A DNA stretch of 61,746 nt, the filler included, from Choristocarpus tenellus KU-1152 (lineage: Eukaryota; Protista; Phaeophyceae): the NCBI GenBank assembly GCA_964200185.2. It is 9 parts of 9 records of this genome, joined end to end, with 100 filler letters (N's around TTAATTAATTAA, not from the genome) between each part and the next. Parts side by side here need not be neighbours in the genome. Positions count along the whole stretch, not along the records: positions 48,688 to 53,950 come from CAXNAD020011321.1; positions 54,051 to 58,507 come from CAXNAD020014463.1; positions 58,608 to 61,746 come from CAXNAD020022036.1; 6 more parts are not named here. The stretch is one strand, 5' to 3'. Position numbers and translations under genes: made by a program. Below the pieces are notes generated by a model. It saw nothing but the letters and a program-made list of their open reading frames with translations. It was not told where the DNA came from and made no database searches. The first letter of the stretch is position 1. Each line of letters opens with the position of its first letter. Below are positions 51,512 to 61,746 of the stretch, piece after piece.

Positions 51512-52859
51512 GTGACACGCGTGGTCCCTTTTGTCACATGTAATGGACTACTAGATTGCCAAGAAGGAAGGGAGTTGGTGGGTTTGGCAAGGTTGTCATG
51601 GATTTTGAGAGGAATAGGATGTCCTTACGCAATGTTCTTTTGGAACTTATCTGCCCCATTATCTACGCTTGCATCTTACTCGGAGTTATAACTTGCTTCC
51701 CACATCACTGATCGAGCACGTCCTCCATCTCTGGGGGTGCCACCTGTTAAAATCTTACCTATTATCAGGTAGTCTAAACCTGCCTCGGTGATTTTACACC
51801 CCTGTTTTTGCTCATATGCAAACAATCACTTTATAGTACATTTTTATGGTAAGTTTTTCATTCAACCTTCTTCCATTCCTCCACCCCCTTCCACCCTCCC
51901 AAACTGCGGATATTTTTTATCCTTCTGTAAATTTCTTGCGGTTACACTGTCTGCTGAGTAACTGTCGCATAGCTGTGTAACTTCTTTTGTGTACTTCGTG
52001 CATGCTGGCAGGGGAAAAATTGCAGGGGAACAATTGCACCTTAGCTTGATTGATCACCTCACTGCTCTTTATGAAGAGTATTCACAGTTTTTCCCAGTTT
52101 TTTTTCTTTTTTTTTCCTTGTGGCGGTGTAATCTTCCACCTTTTTTTTGTATTTTCCAAAGGGTTGAACTTGTAGCAGATACGCCTGATCTAGTGCTAAG
52201 AAAACTCAAGTGCTAGAAGGCCCTCCTCCTTCAGTCAAAGTTAGGGATAGGGTTGAGGCAGCCTGGTCAAGTCTGCGATGTCCTCTTGTGTTGCCAGTCT
52301 CCCATTGGCGAGGACAACATGACATACTTTCATCAAAGTTCTATGAGAAATGTGCCTGTAGACACACCTGCATGTACATTCTCTCTCTCTCTCTCAAATA
52401 TTTCCATTTTTTAAAATGGATAATCACAAAATCTGTGTGCTTTTTTTTTGTTTTTCTTAAAAACCCATTTTTTATTGACTACTCTCTTCTTCACACGACG
52501 ATCTGCACTTTTTTTTTTCTTCTCCTTTTTGCTTTACTTTGAAAAAAAAAAATTCTTTTACCCCTTACCCTGGCAGTAAGTACCCCCACCTTGAGTTCCT
52601 AACTGTTTTCTTAAGGTTTATAGTCTCTGGTTCCCTTCCACTGAGTTTTGAGATGTAGGATACAAATACCACCGCAGAGCGCCAGTCCAGGGGGGTGAGT
52701 TCCAGCTAGATAATGATGCCATTAACATTGAAGTTCAGTCTTACAATGGATGTACTGAAATAGGAAGTTATTTTGTCAAGAGTTGTGGCAGTGCTGGGTA
52801 GAGTAACAATGCCCAGGTATAAATATATGCCCCCAAGAACACAGCCACACCCATCCACA

Positions 52860-53140
52860 AATACACACACGCATACATGTATACACATGTACATATATAC
52901 ATACATATACACATACATACATAATACATATATTCATATATACATACACCTACATTCATACATACATTCACACGTACATACATACATTTATGTATATACA
53001 TAGTTCATACATACGTACATACATACATTTATGTATATATACATAATTTATACATATATACATTCATACATACATACATTTATGTGTATATACATAATTC
53101 ATACATGCATACATTTATGTATATATAATACACATACATA
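52860..53140. repeat. Degenerate (TACA)n/(TA)n microsatellite field
   Basis: TACATACA tracts with a recurring TACATACATTTATGTATATA unit; (GT)n/(AT)n continue at 53330-53460. Confidence 0.92.
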
Positions 53141-53657
53141 TGCCAACGCTCGCATCGCAATATAAACATGAACATGGATGATGCCAGGCGCTTGAGCGAT
53201 TTAGCACTGATGCTGCGGACACTGAGAACGATCCTGGAAAGGAGAGTGTCTTCGACGAAAAGGTTTGCAAGCACTTTGGAACACCAAATAACAAAGCAAC
53301 TGAGATACGGGATGCACATGCATGCACATATATTATGTGTGTATGTGTGTGTGTGTGTGTGTTATGTGTGTTATGTGTCTTGTGTTGGTATGCGCCCGTG
53401 TGTACTCTCACACGGTTACAATAATATATATAATATATATATATATTACATATATATTTTAATTTACGTTTTTGTAAGAATGGAGGCATTTTATTTATTT
53501 ATTTATTTTTTAAAATGGGAGTTGGGCCCCCAAAATGCGTGAGTCATTGAAGTATCGAGGGTTTTTTTGTGTGGTGACAAGGCGGATTAAGGTGCATTGC
53601 AGAGGGTACTCTGTCTAAAAACCCCGCGGTGCCTTTGCTAGCTTCTCTCCCTGTTTA

Positions 53658-53686
53658 CCCTAACCCTAACCCTAACCCTAACCCTA
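53658..53686 (-). repeat. Interstitial telomeric repeat (TTAGGG)~5
   Basis: CCCTAA x4 + CCCTA. Confidence 0.9.
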
Positions 53687-53950
53687 CCGGACGCACATTT
53701 GTGACCTTGTGTGGGGCCTTGTGACTAGCAACAAAAAAAACTCCGTCTTTATTATTATTCCCTGTGATTTTTTTTTATATATTTTTTTTTCTTGGAGTAC
53801 GACAGCTTTAACTTTGCGAGCGGCTCTCTCATCATCGGTTGATCCAATTCTTTTTCTTTTTTTTTATTTGGGGAGGGGGTGGGGGGGGGGAGGGGGGGAG
53901 GGGGGTGGTGTTGCGGGTGAGTGGTTCGGAAGAGGGTGGTGTAGGGGGGG

Positions 53951-54050
53951 NNNNNNNNNNNNNNNNNNNNNNNNNNNNNNNNNNNNNNNNNNNNTTAATT
54001 AATTAANNNNNNNNNNNNNNNNNNNNNNNNNNNNNNNNNNNNNNNNNNNN
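53951..54050. other. Artificial contig linker
   Basis: 44N-TTAATTAATTAA-44N. Confidence 0.98.
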
Positions 54051-54239
54051 GCACGTATGATGAGTAGATATGATTATTTTCTGATTATCCATGTGGACGT
54101 TGCAAATCCCACATGGTAGGCTGCACTGGTCTTACCCACCTTCTCAGTCAGCGGAATCGAGACCACAAAGACCACAAGGCCCTTGTAATACTAACATTGC
54201 TCATCTACATCAAGCTGTTCTTTGTCCTTCATTAAAGCA

Positions 54240-54810
54240 CCATAAAAGCTGCGGGTCCAGTGTGGGATAGTTCAACAAAATGTAGTCTCATCGTTTGGAT
54301 GTACGTAGCAAAATAATGAGGAGGATTGTATGAATCGTATGATTCTGTGGCAGCATTGTTCGATCGGGCAAGGGTGGTGAAGAGAATCACTAGGTAGATG
54401 AAGCAGATGGACCAAGACAAACCGTAACCAAAAGGATGATAAGGTTGGACAAGTGGAAGACTGGAAGGATTGGAGAAAACTGTGGAGTAATGAGAATCTC
54501 TTGAGAGGGGAGTCATCACAAAAGTCCAGACATGACAACAAATAGAATATTTGAAGTATGACATCTATGGTTGAAGAGATGTCCACTGCTTGTGGGATTG
54601 GTCTCTTGGAAAGATTCCACACCTCAATTGTTCAAAAGATGCTCCACTGGAATCGGGATTCCTGACAAGGTACCTCAATCGGTACACTGGTATATGACAT
54701 ACGGCAATAACGGTATAAAAACAGAAAGCCTCCTTTGCACTATTGCTCAAATCGCACATCATTCTTGTGTGAAATATAATTCGTCAGGCTGGCGATGGGT
54801 AAAATATTTC
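54240..54810 (+). pseudogene. Possible Tc1/mariner N-terminal (HTH) remnant
   Basis: VAALFDRARVVKRI and duplicated EMSTACGI / STGIGIP...SVHWY segments resemble mariner HTH motifs; many stops. Confidence 0.3.
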
Positions 54811-56291
54811 TGACATGGGTAGTCCATGGCCATCAATTAATTCGACATGTTCGGGCAGTAGTCCGGTCACATGTACATTTCTACACGTTGGACAATATTA
54901 CAGATATTTTTGTGACATTATGTATAAAAAGTTTGTATTTGCGTTTTGCAAACTGTTACATGCACATTGTCTTTTGTGTAGTCTGGTCTAGATGTGTTAC
55001 GGGCACTACATTATGTTGTGCATTTTTTTAACTGGAGTGTTACAGGCACCAAATAGTATTGTTGCAAACGTGTTTGCCGTCAGTGTAAAGGGCGCAATAT
55101 AGTGTTGAGTGTTATGTTGTCCAAGGTGTGAATATTGCTAAATAGGTGAAGGGTTTTCTTCACGAATGTGGGAAGACATTCCCAATGATCGAGGCCCATA
55201 AGAACACCCTTGTCTGCCTGACGAGCGGTCGAGAAATCTCGAGTGCAACCCGTCAGATGCTATCGTTGATAAGGATCGTTTTTATGTACGAAAGAAGGAC
55301 AAATTATGTCTTAAATTTGAAATAAAACTAGAAATGCATAGTTCGCGCAAGAGTTTCCAGGGTTTCAAATTACAAAAAAGGTTTACCAACCCCCCACTCT
55401 CTCCTGGAAGCCAACCCCAGGAGAACAATTGTGTGGAAATTTCGGGCAAAGGTATCTTCGTACTGAATATTAACCAGATACACACCTGCTTTGCTGTGCT
55501 TGTCCACTGTCACCTGTAGTACACATGGAACCAGATTTTATACAAGAAGGGAATAAAATCAACCTATACTATTTTTCTTCACATCAGTACAAAGTATGTA
55601 ACACTTCTTCGTTTTTATTGTGTTTATCACCAGTCCTGGTGAAAAGACTTCATTCCCTGCCCTGGGTGCCATGCTGATGTCCTTCACCATCGTAAGGCGT
55701 TAGGGTTGACTCACTCAATTTACTGTACACAAACTATGTACATCTGTACACCCGCTAGACTGTTATGCCAATATTAGCCGTGTGTACCCGCAGTCATTGA
55801 CCTTCAGCTGTGCGTTACACCCAACGTCACGCACTCCTCCCATTACCAGTCGTTTCTCTTCCCCAGACATCTCAGAAGTATTGTGGAAGGAAGGGTGGCT
55901 TCTCCCCTCAGCACTAGTGGAACCCACCTTGAACATCCACACATTGCTATGCACAAGGTACTTCCTTAAGCCTGGCTCTCTTAATTCCAATGTCAACCTT
56001 GTTGCTGTTGATGTCCATTCTGGAAGCATACGGACAAGGAGACACTATTTTCTCCACTTCTCACTACCCCTTTTTACACTATTCTGGCACAAATCCACAG
56101 TATGTACTTGGGTTGTCTGACGCCCCTATCAGCCTGCAGTGGGGAGAGAGAAATACTCTTTCGTTATTTAGATTGTAAGAGCAAACATGGTTTTATAGCA
56201 CCATTGCAAAAATGACAAGCCAGGAGCAATAAAAAAATGACCGACTACTTAAACCATTCATTCAATTATATTGATCAAAAGTGTCAAACCT

Positions 56292-56472
56292 GACCCAAAG
56301 TATTGTGGGGGGGGGGGGGGTCTACACCAGGGTGTTAATTTGGGACAAAATCAGGAAAAGTGCGTTTACATTATCCATCCGACGTATGCAAACCAAATCA
56401 CCCAAAAATCGCGACATGAAAAAAATGACCCAAATGGACAGCCGCCACCCCCCCCCCCGGATACTTTGAGCC
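56292..56472 (-). mobile_element. MITE family B copy
   Basis: TIRs GACCCAAAGTAT / GATACTTTGAGCC; internal sequence as in 8341..8519. TSD not preserved. Confidence 0.88.
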
Positions 56473-57197
56473 TCTTGCCCTACGTGACCATGAGAACAAT
56501 CGTTCCAAGTGAAACCTGACCTTTAACTCTTCCCAAAGTATATTCTTCCCAATATATGTTCTTGTGTCCTCTGCCCTGACCATGTTTTGGGTTAGGTGGC
56601 GGTTGAGCAAAGCGGTGATGGAAGTTGGGATCTCCATTGAAGTGTGAATGAACTGCAAGGTGCGATAGTATGACAGCGTCTGAGCTGAGTCACCCCCTTC
56701 ACATGGTAACATGGGAATGTCAATTGGGCCCTGGCTGCCCCTGGCTCAGTGCCGCCATGTCCCCATGATGTGTGTGCAGCCGCTGTACCTCCTCCAGAGT
56801 AATAGCATACTCCATACTGCAAAATCAGCACCGGGTTAAGGGGGCAAATACTTCTAAGTGAATGATGGCTTACCACGTTGGCGACCAAATTTCCAGTCCC
56901 AGGTAAAAGTGGCTGTCCTGCCTACCTCAGGGTCCAGGCAGTTCGATGGATCTGGAGGAAGTGGTGTGGGCACAGAAGGGGAGCTTCTTACAACGCTGCT
57001 GGTCATTGCCCCACTGGCCTGCGACCTGGCATAGGTGTTTTCTCTGCCTTTCCCACCTCCACAGTGTCCAGCTGGAGTTTACTGCACCTCCCACCTAGGC
57101 TGACAGGATGGTTAGAAGAGCCAGCAACAATATCAATAAGACTGATGATGGAATGCATTTCGATGTATCATCAGAAAAGAAGTGGGAGGAAGCCAAA

Positions 57198-57370
57198 GGC
57201 TCAAAGTATCTGGGGGAGCTGGCGACTGTTCATTTGGGGCCCATTATTACATGTAGTCATTTTAGGGTGATTTGATTGCATACGTCGGATGGATAATGCA
57301 AGTGCACCTCTCCTGGTCAGGGCCCAAATGAACATCCTAGTTTGAGCCCTCCACCCAGATACTTCGAGCC
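57198..57370 (+). mobile_element. MITE family B copy
   Basis: TIRs GGCTCAAAGTATCTGGG / CCCAGATACTTCGAGCC; flanks AAA/AAA. Confidence 0.88.
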
Positions 57371-57856
57371 AAATTCCTTCGTAAACTTGCACCCTTGCAC
57401 AAACCTATCTCTAGGCTTGTGAAGAGAGGCGATTAGAGTCTGGCCTAGGGCCATACTCATCGAAGAGGGATTGAAGGGTAGCCCTATTGAGTGCCACACC
57501 CTCGGATACCGTCACTCCTGCAGTCGAACACTTACCACAATGGTTCAAGCGCTTAACGATGTTTCAGGTCAAAGAGGTACACCATTCTCTTGTTAAGTAT
57601 TCCACACTAACCCGCAGAGAAGAGGATCAACCGTGCGCGTTGGAAAAAGACAATATATGACTTGGTGCGAATATATGTAGCAGTAGTGTTACAAGGGGCT
57701 TGTGGTCTTTGTTCCATTGACTGAACTCGTGGGACTCACATCTGATAGCATGATTACTATTCCTACAGATAGGGGTTTGCAGTCGTGCATACTAGCAATT
57801 AATCACTTACTTGTATTCACTATGACAAGTATGATGTCTAGAACAGAATACTAACT

Positions 57857-58112
57857 GAGTCAAAGTATTTTTGAGGGTAGATCTGCGTCAATTCGGGACC
57901 AAAATCCAATGTTGTGATTTTGACGTAATTTTTGCTATCATGTTTGTTAGGAAGTTTCATTATCCTTATTCCAGACACACCTTTTCGTAACACAAACATT
58001 TTACCTACTCCGAAACATTTTGCGTTAGGAAAAATGTAAAAAAAAATGTGGAAAGCCAAGCCCCAAATGGACAAATACGCCAAAACTCGTACCCTCTAAG
58101 ATACTTTGACTC
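57857..58112 (-). mobile_element. MITE family A copy
   Basis: Family A TIRs; flanks AACT/AATT. Confidence 0.92.
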
Positions 58113-58487
58113 AATTACAGGACAACAAACAGTCGATACGTCTGGTAATCCATCACTGGCTCTCTATCCGACTATCTACTCCACAAGTGACGTCTATAGT
58201 GTACCCTGGTCACTATACACAAGCACTCTTCCTTCTACACAAACACTATACACCCTCAACATCTACATCTCCAACACGATAAAAATTTCTACTAGCACTC
58301 TCAAACAACGCATTCGCCATCTTCTCTGGCCTCGACCATGATGATCTTCACCACCTCTGAGGCTTCGGCAAACATCTGAGTGCAAATTAAGCATCTTGCG
58401 TAGGTGGTGGAGTTGGTACCAAGGGGTATTGGATGTTATCAGAGGAGTGACCGAATTTCCACCATGTGTGATGACTCTCTCTCTTTA

Positions 58488-58507
58488 GACTCAAAGTATC
58501 TGGTGGG
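58488..58507. mobile_element. Family B/D-type TIR truncated by contig end
   Basis: GACTCAAAGTATCTGGTGGG directly before the linker. Confidence 0.65.
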
Positions 58508-58607
58508 NNNNNNNNNNNNNNNNNNNNNNNNNNNNNNNNNNNNNNNNNNNNTTAATTAATTAANNNNNNNNNNNNNNNNNNNNNNNNNNNNNNNNNNNNN
58601 NNNNNNN
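58508..58607. other. Artificial contig linker
   Basis: 44N-TTAATTAATTAA-44N. Confidence 0.98.
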
Positions 58608-58654
58608 CTCATAGTCCCGCGCCATCCTCAATTTTGCGAATCCCCTGTTCTTTG

Positions 58655-58826
58655 CTGAATTGTGGTGTCACTTTGTGTATGGAAAAGAGAAGTATCATCT
58701 TTGCGTACACTATTGTGCACATAAAGCAATGAAATAGAGTGCATTGTACAGGGTAAGAAGTACTTCAAAATACTTCAAATTATAACGTAGAACGCAAAAT
58801 GGTCCACCTCTCGATTGGTTTGGCTT
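58655..58826 (+). mobile_element. MITE family C, 5'-truncated
   Basis: AATTGTGGTGT...ATTGTGCACA...GCAATGAAATAGAGTG...ACCTCTCGATTGGTTTGGCTT. Confidence 0.8.
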
Positions 58827-58829
58827 GTT

Positions 58830-59530
58830 CTTATTGATGAAGACGTCGGTCCATTTTCTGGATGATATTTCCCTTCCGTGTGTAGAGGATGATGGCAAGG
58901 AATGTGAAGGGTCAGATGAAAACGAAGAATCTGCCTCGAAGGCGCACAGTGACACACCAATGGTTAAGATGGATCGCTTGCTGGAGGAATACCGCTGTAT
59001 CACGACCTACCACTGTGTTGATCTCCATTTGGAGTGTGTGGCTGGTACAGTATTCAACGGGGAAGGGGTAAAATATGCCATGAAATCAGCTCAGGCAGCT
59101 GTTTGTGCTTATTCAAAGTCCAGTCAGCACAAGGAACGATTGGAGGAGATGTGTAAGATGGAGCGAAAGTGTCTTAGAGGGTAGAGTTGCGTCCGTTTGG
59201 ATACCAAAATAAAATGTTACGATTTTGATGTAATTTTGGCTATCGTGTTTGTTAGGAAGTGCCGTTATCCTTATTCCAGACACAACTTTCATAACGTATA
59301 CAGAATACTCAGAAACATTTCGGAGTAGGAAAATGTCATAATATTCCCGTGGGAAGCCAAGCCCCAAACGGACAAATAGGTGAAAATTCCTACCCTCTAA
59401 GATACTCTCACTCATGTTGAGGGCTAAGCTGAAGAGATTGATGCAGTATGTATACCAACTCGTTGGTAATACACATCTTCCGTGGTGGGTTGCTTCCTGT
59501 ACATCGAACTTCCTATCATTCTTCACGAGA
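58830..59530 (+). pseudogene. hAT transposase remnant interrupted by a MITE
   Basis: HCVDLHLECVA (CxxHxLxL-like), AVCAYSKSSQHKERLEEMCKM|LRAKLKRLMQYV, then PTRW (hAT DV.TRWNST motif) after a frameshift. The frame is continuous once the MITE and one ATG copy are removed. Confidence 0.75.
59161..59413 (-). mobile_element. MITE family A copy inserted in hAT remnant
   Basis: Family A TIRs; 3-bp TSD ATG/ATG. Confidence 0.92.
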
Positions 59531-59657
59531 ACATCAATGGTCACCTACAACGCATGTGGACATTTGAGGGGGGGAGGTAAGCGGTTGGGATAAGAATGTA
59601 TCATGGAAATTGGAAGTGCTTATAAGAGGAATGATTTGGAGGAGTCACCTTTCCCCT

Positions 59658-59915
59658 GAGCCAAACTAATTGAGAGGTTGGCGGGGTTGCATTTATGGGT
59701 TACGAGAAAGGAAAAAATACTCAATTTTGGTATAATTGCAGAAAGAGCATTCACTTAATTGTGGTGTTATTTTGTGTGCGGAAAGGGAAAATATCAATGT
59801 TGCGTCAACGATTGTGCACACATAGCAATGAAATAGAGTGAATCGCACAGGGTGAGAAAGATTGCTTAGAATGCAAAAGGGTCCAAACCTTCTTACCTCT
59901 CAATTGGTTTGGCTC
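59658..59915 (+). mobile_element. MITE family C copy
   Basis: TIRs GAGCCAAACTAATTGAGAGGT / ACCTCTCAATTGGTTTGGCTC; flanks CCCT/ACCT. Confidence 0.92.
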
Positions 59916-61165
59916 ACCTGCCAAACCTGTTGGAGCATATAATACACAACGAATGTCTTTCAATGTCTTATGTTGACATCTATCACCTCCCCCCTCCGTT
60001 TCTTCTTCCTTTACAATAAAGGTTTTGCCAAGGTCACCAACTACTATGTTACATCATTTGTCGTTCTAAGTTGTTGATCTGTTTCAGTCCCCACTAACCT
60101 TAAACCTTTCTTTCCCAATCACCCATTTTGCTTCTTTTTAACGCATTCTTTTGCTATACTCAGGAGATGAGTCTAGTTAAAGTATCTAGTTGAGTCCATC
60201 ATGGAGGCACACAAGAAGACTCTTGAGGTTAATACATGTGTCACAGCATTTGTACTTATTCCCATTATCTATGATGTACAAGTTGAGCTGTAGAAAGGCA
60301 GTGCAACCATGCAGCACCTTTACAAAGCCGTCACCTCTGAACAGGTGGAAGTAAAAGTGATGCACGCCAGTGTGAGTAGCGCAATATAATCTTATTTTGT
60401 GAAACCACTTCGGTAATGGGAGGAATATTGCCCAGTACTGTGAGGGCAAGGATAGGCAATACAGAGGGTGTAAGTGTAAGTAGGTCCTGGCTATCCCACA
60501 AAAAAAATCCTATCAGAATTCCAAAGAATAAGCACTAAGCACAGGAGGCAGAGAATAGTCCAGTGGTGGAACCATGCTTGCACGTCTGTGTACTGTCCAT
60601 CTTGACCGGGGGCGGCCCAGCTGTGAAAGACACAAGGCGTTCACATGAGTTTCCCTTGCAATGTGTGGGGGGATTTCAGCTGCTGGTGGTGGCATATTGG
60701 AAGACATGGTCAAGGAGCATATGGAGGAAGCATTACATGTAGAGGTTGATGACGCCTTCAAGGTTGTAGGTGGGAACCCAATAATCGATATAGATAGTGG
60801 AGCTTACAACAACCCGCTCAATTAAGTGGTGGAGGGAAAGGAGCTCAAAATTTCTGTCCCCAGCTAAAGTTGCATGCTGCATTTTGATCATTCCTGCCAC
60901 ACAAGCAGACTCAGAGTGCATGTTCTGGCGATACTGCGATCTCCAAACAGAGCAGACTGGGACCAGATAGTGTGCAGCTTCTTGTCTTCTTTCGTAACAT
61001 CTAGATGAATAAGGTGGATGTAAGGGGGAGGTTACCTAGAACCACCTCTCAATTGTTTTTGCTCATGTTAGTTTTTTAGCAATGTGCAGCCACACATACA
61101 TACACACACAAACAAAAAAATATGGAATAAATAATGTTGAAAAATATATATATCTCATTCCCTGA

Positions 61166-61645
61166 TGTCCTCTTGACAACTCTTCACAATCCCTTGTGGG
61201 AAACATTAATATAAAAGTCTTCTCGGACACTACACCGAAGTGTGTATCTAGTTCGGAGGCAATTTTTTTTAGGTACACTTCGTTTTCACGATCTTTCCCC
61301 CTACTACTGAGCCAAAGTAAAGAGAGGTACCCAGGCTTCAGCCATTTTGCATTCTATGCCAGTTCTTAATATTTCGCGACTCACTCAAGTTTCTATGGAT
61401 GAAGCAGCAAGTTTGATTTGAGAGGGTTCATTTCTCTATTGTTTGAAAAAAAATGATACAATTCTGAAAATATCCTATACGCAATTGTAGAATTAGACAA
61501 ATTTGCACATTTTTGTCCGCATCCTTGTAATGCAACTCTGGGTACCTCTCGTTTACTTCGACTCACTACTGGATCCACATTGCTGTGATGTCTGAGAGAC
61601 GTACCCATATTTTTCACAAGGGAGAGAAATATTGTCAAGAGGGCA
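61166..61645. mobile_element. Foldback-type element with ~80-bp inverted arms, carrying a nested MITE
   Basis: TGTCCTCTTGACAA...TCCCTTGTG...TCTCGGACACTACACCGAAGTGTGTATCTAGT is mirrored at 61567..61645. Confidence 0.65.
61309..61564 (-). mobile_element. Divergent family C-related MITE
   Basis: TIRs GAGCCAAAGTAAAGAGAGGTACCCAG / CTGGGTACCTCTCGTTTACTTCGACTC; 3-bp TSD ACT/ACT; internal TGCATTCTA, CAATTGTAGAA and AATGCAAC shared with family C. Confidence 0.85.
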
Positions 61646-61699
61646 AAATGAAATTTAACATATTTGGTCTTTTCAGCATTATTATTTGTTACATCACTT

Positions 61700-61746
61700 A
61701 ACAGCCGATTTCAAAACTTGAGGATGGAGCTTTTCATTGAGGATGG
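61700..61746. repeat. Doubled TGAGGATGG terminal-repeat-like motif
   Basis: AACAGCCGATTTCAAAACTTGAGGATGGAGCTTTTCATTGAGGATGG; inverse of 58608..58649. Confidence 0.75.

Noticed and set aside
52706-53542. Tyr/Ile/His/Cys-rich ORFs
   Set aside because: Microsatellite translations.
16896-58607. Recurrent TTAATTAATTAA motif within N runs
   Set aside because: Identical 100-nt synthetic linker with six-frame stops; not biological. It also means neighbourhoods across linkers are not real synteny.
8635-59413. Repeated short ORFs with ESILEG...LGLGFP / [12 protein letters not shown] motifs as a protein family
   Set aside because: They are translations of family A MITE copies; frames and stops are not conserved.
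1-61746. Fanzor/TnpB, giant-virus insertion, tRNA or rRNA genes
   Set aside because: No RuvC motifs, gene-dense intronless blocks or recognisable structural RNA seen by eye; covariance-model and HMM scans would be needed to exclude them.

Overview
Eukaryotic nuclear DNA, most likely a brown alga (Phaeophyceae, stramenopile). This is inferred from GT-AG introns, a bipartite plastid-targeting N-terminus, (CCCTAA)n repeats and Ectocarpus-type RTE LINE remnants. The window is not one locus: nine short contigs are joined by eight artificial 100-nt linkers (44N-TTAATTAATTAA-44N). Recognisable genes are the 3' end of a GRIP-domain golgin, a complete two-exon At3g28720-like membrane protein, a complete three-exon CKS1, the 5' part of a plastid Rieske/PAO-family oxygenase, and two orphan gene fragments. 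The rest is largely transposon debris: a Stowaway-type mariner with both TIRs, two hAT transposase remnants and RTE LINE fragments. The most notable signals are (1) about 25 full or partial MITEs from four related families with G(A/G)N-TCAAAG/CCAAA-type termini and target duplications that are either 3 or 4 bp, and (2) a clear CG->TG/CA deamination pattern among MITE copies, with CpG apparently retained at gene 5' ends, implying germline CpG methylation. No prokaryote-type system (CRISPR, operon) and no intact novel enzyme were found. All family assignments are by eye, without database searches.
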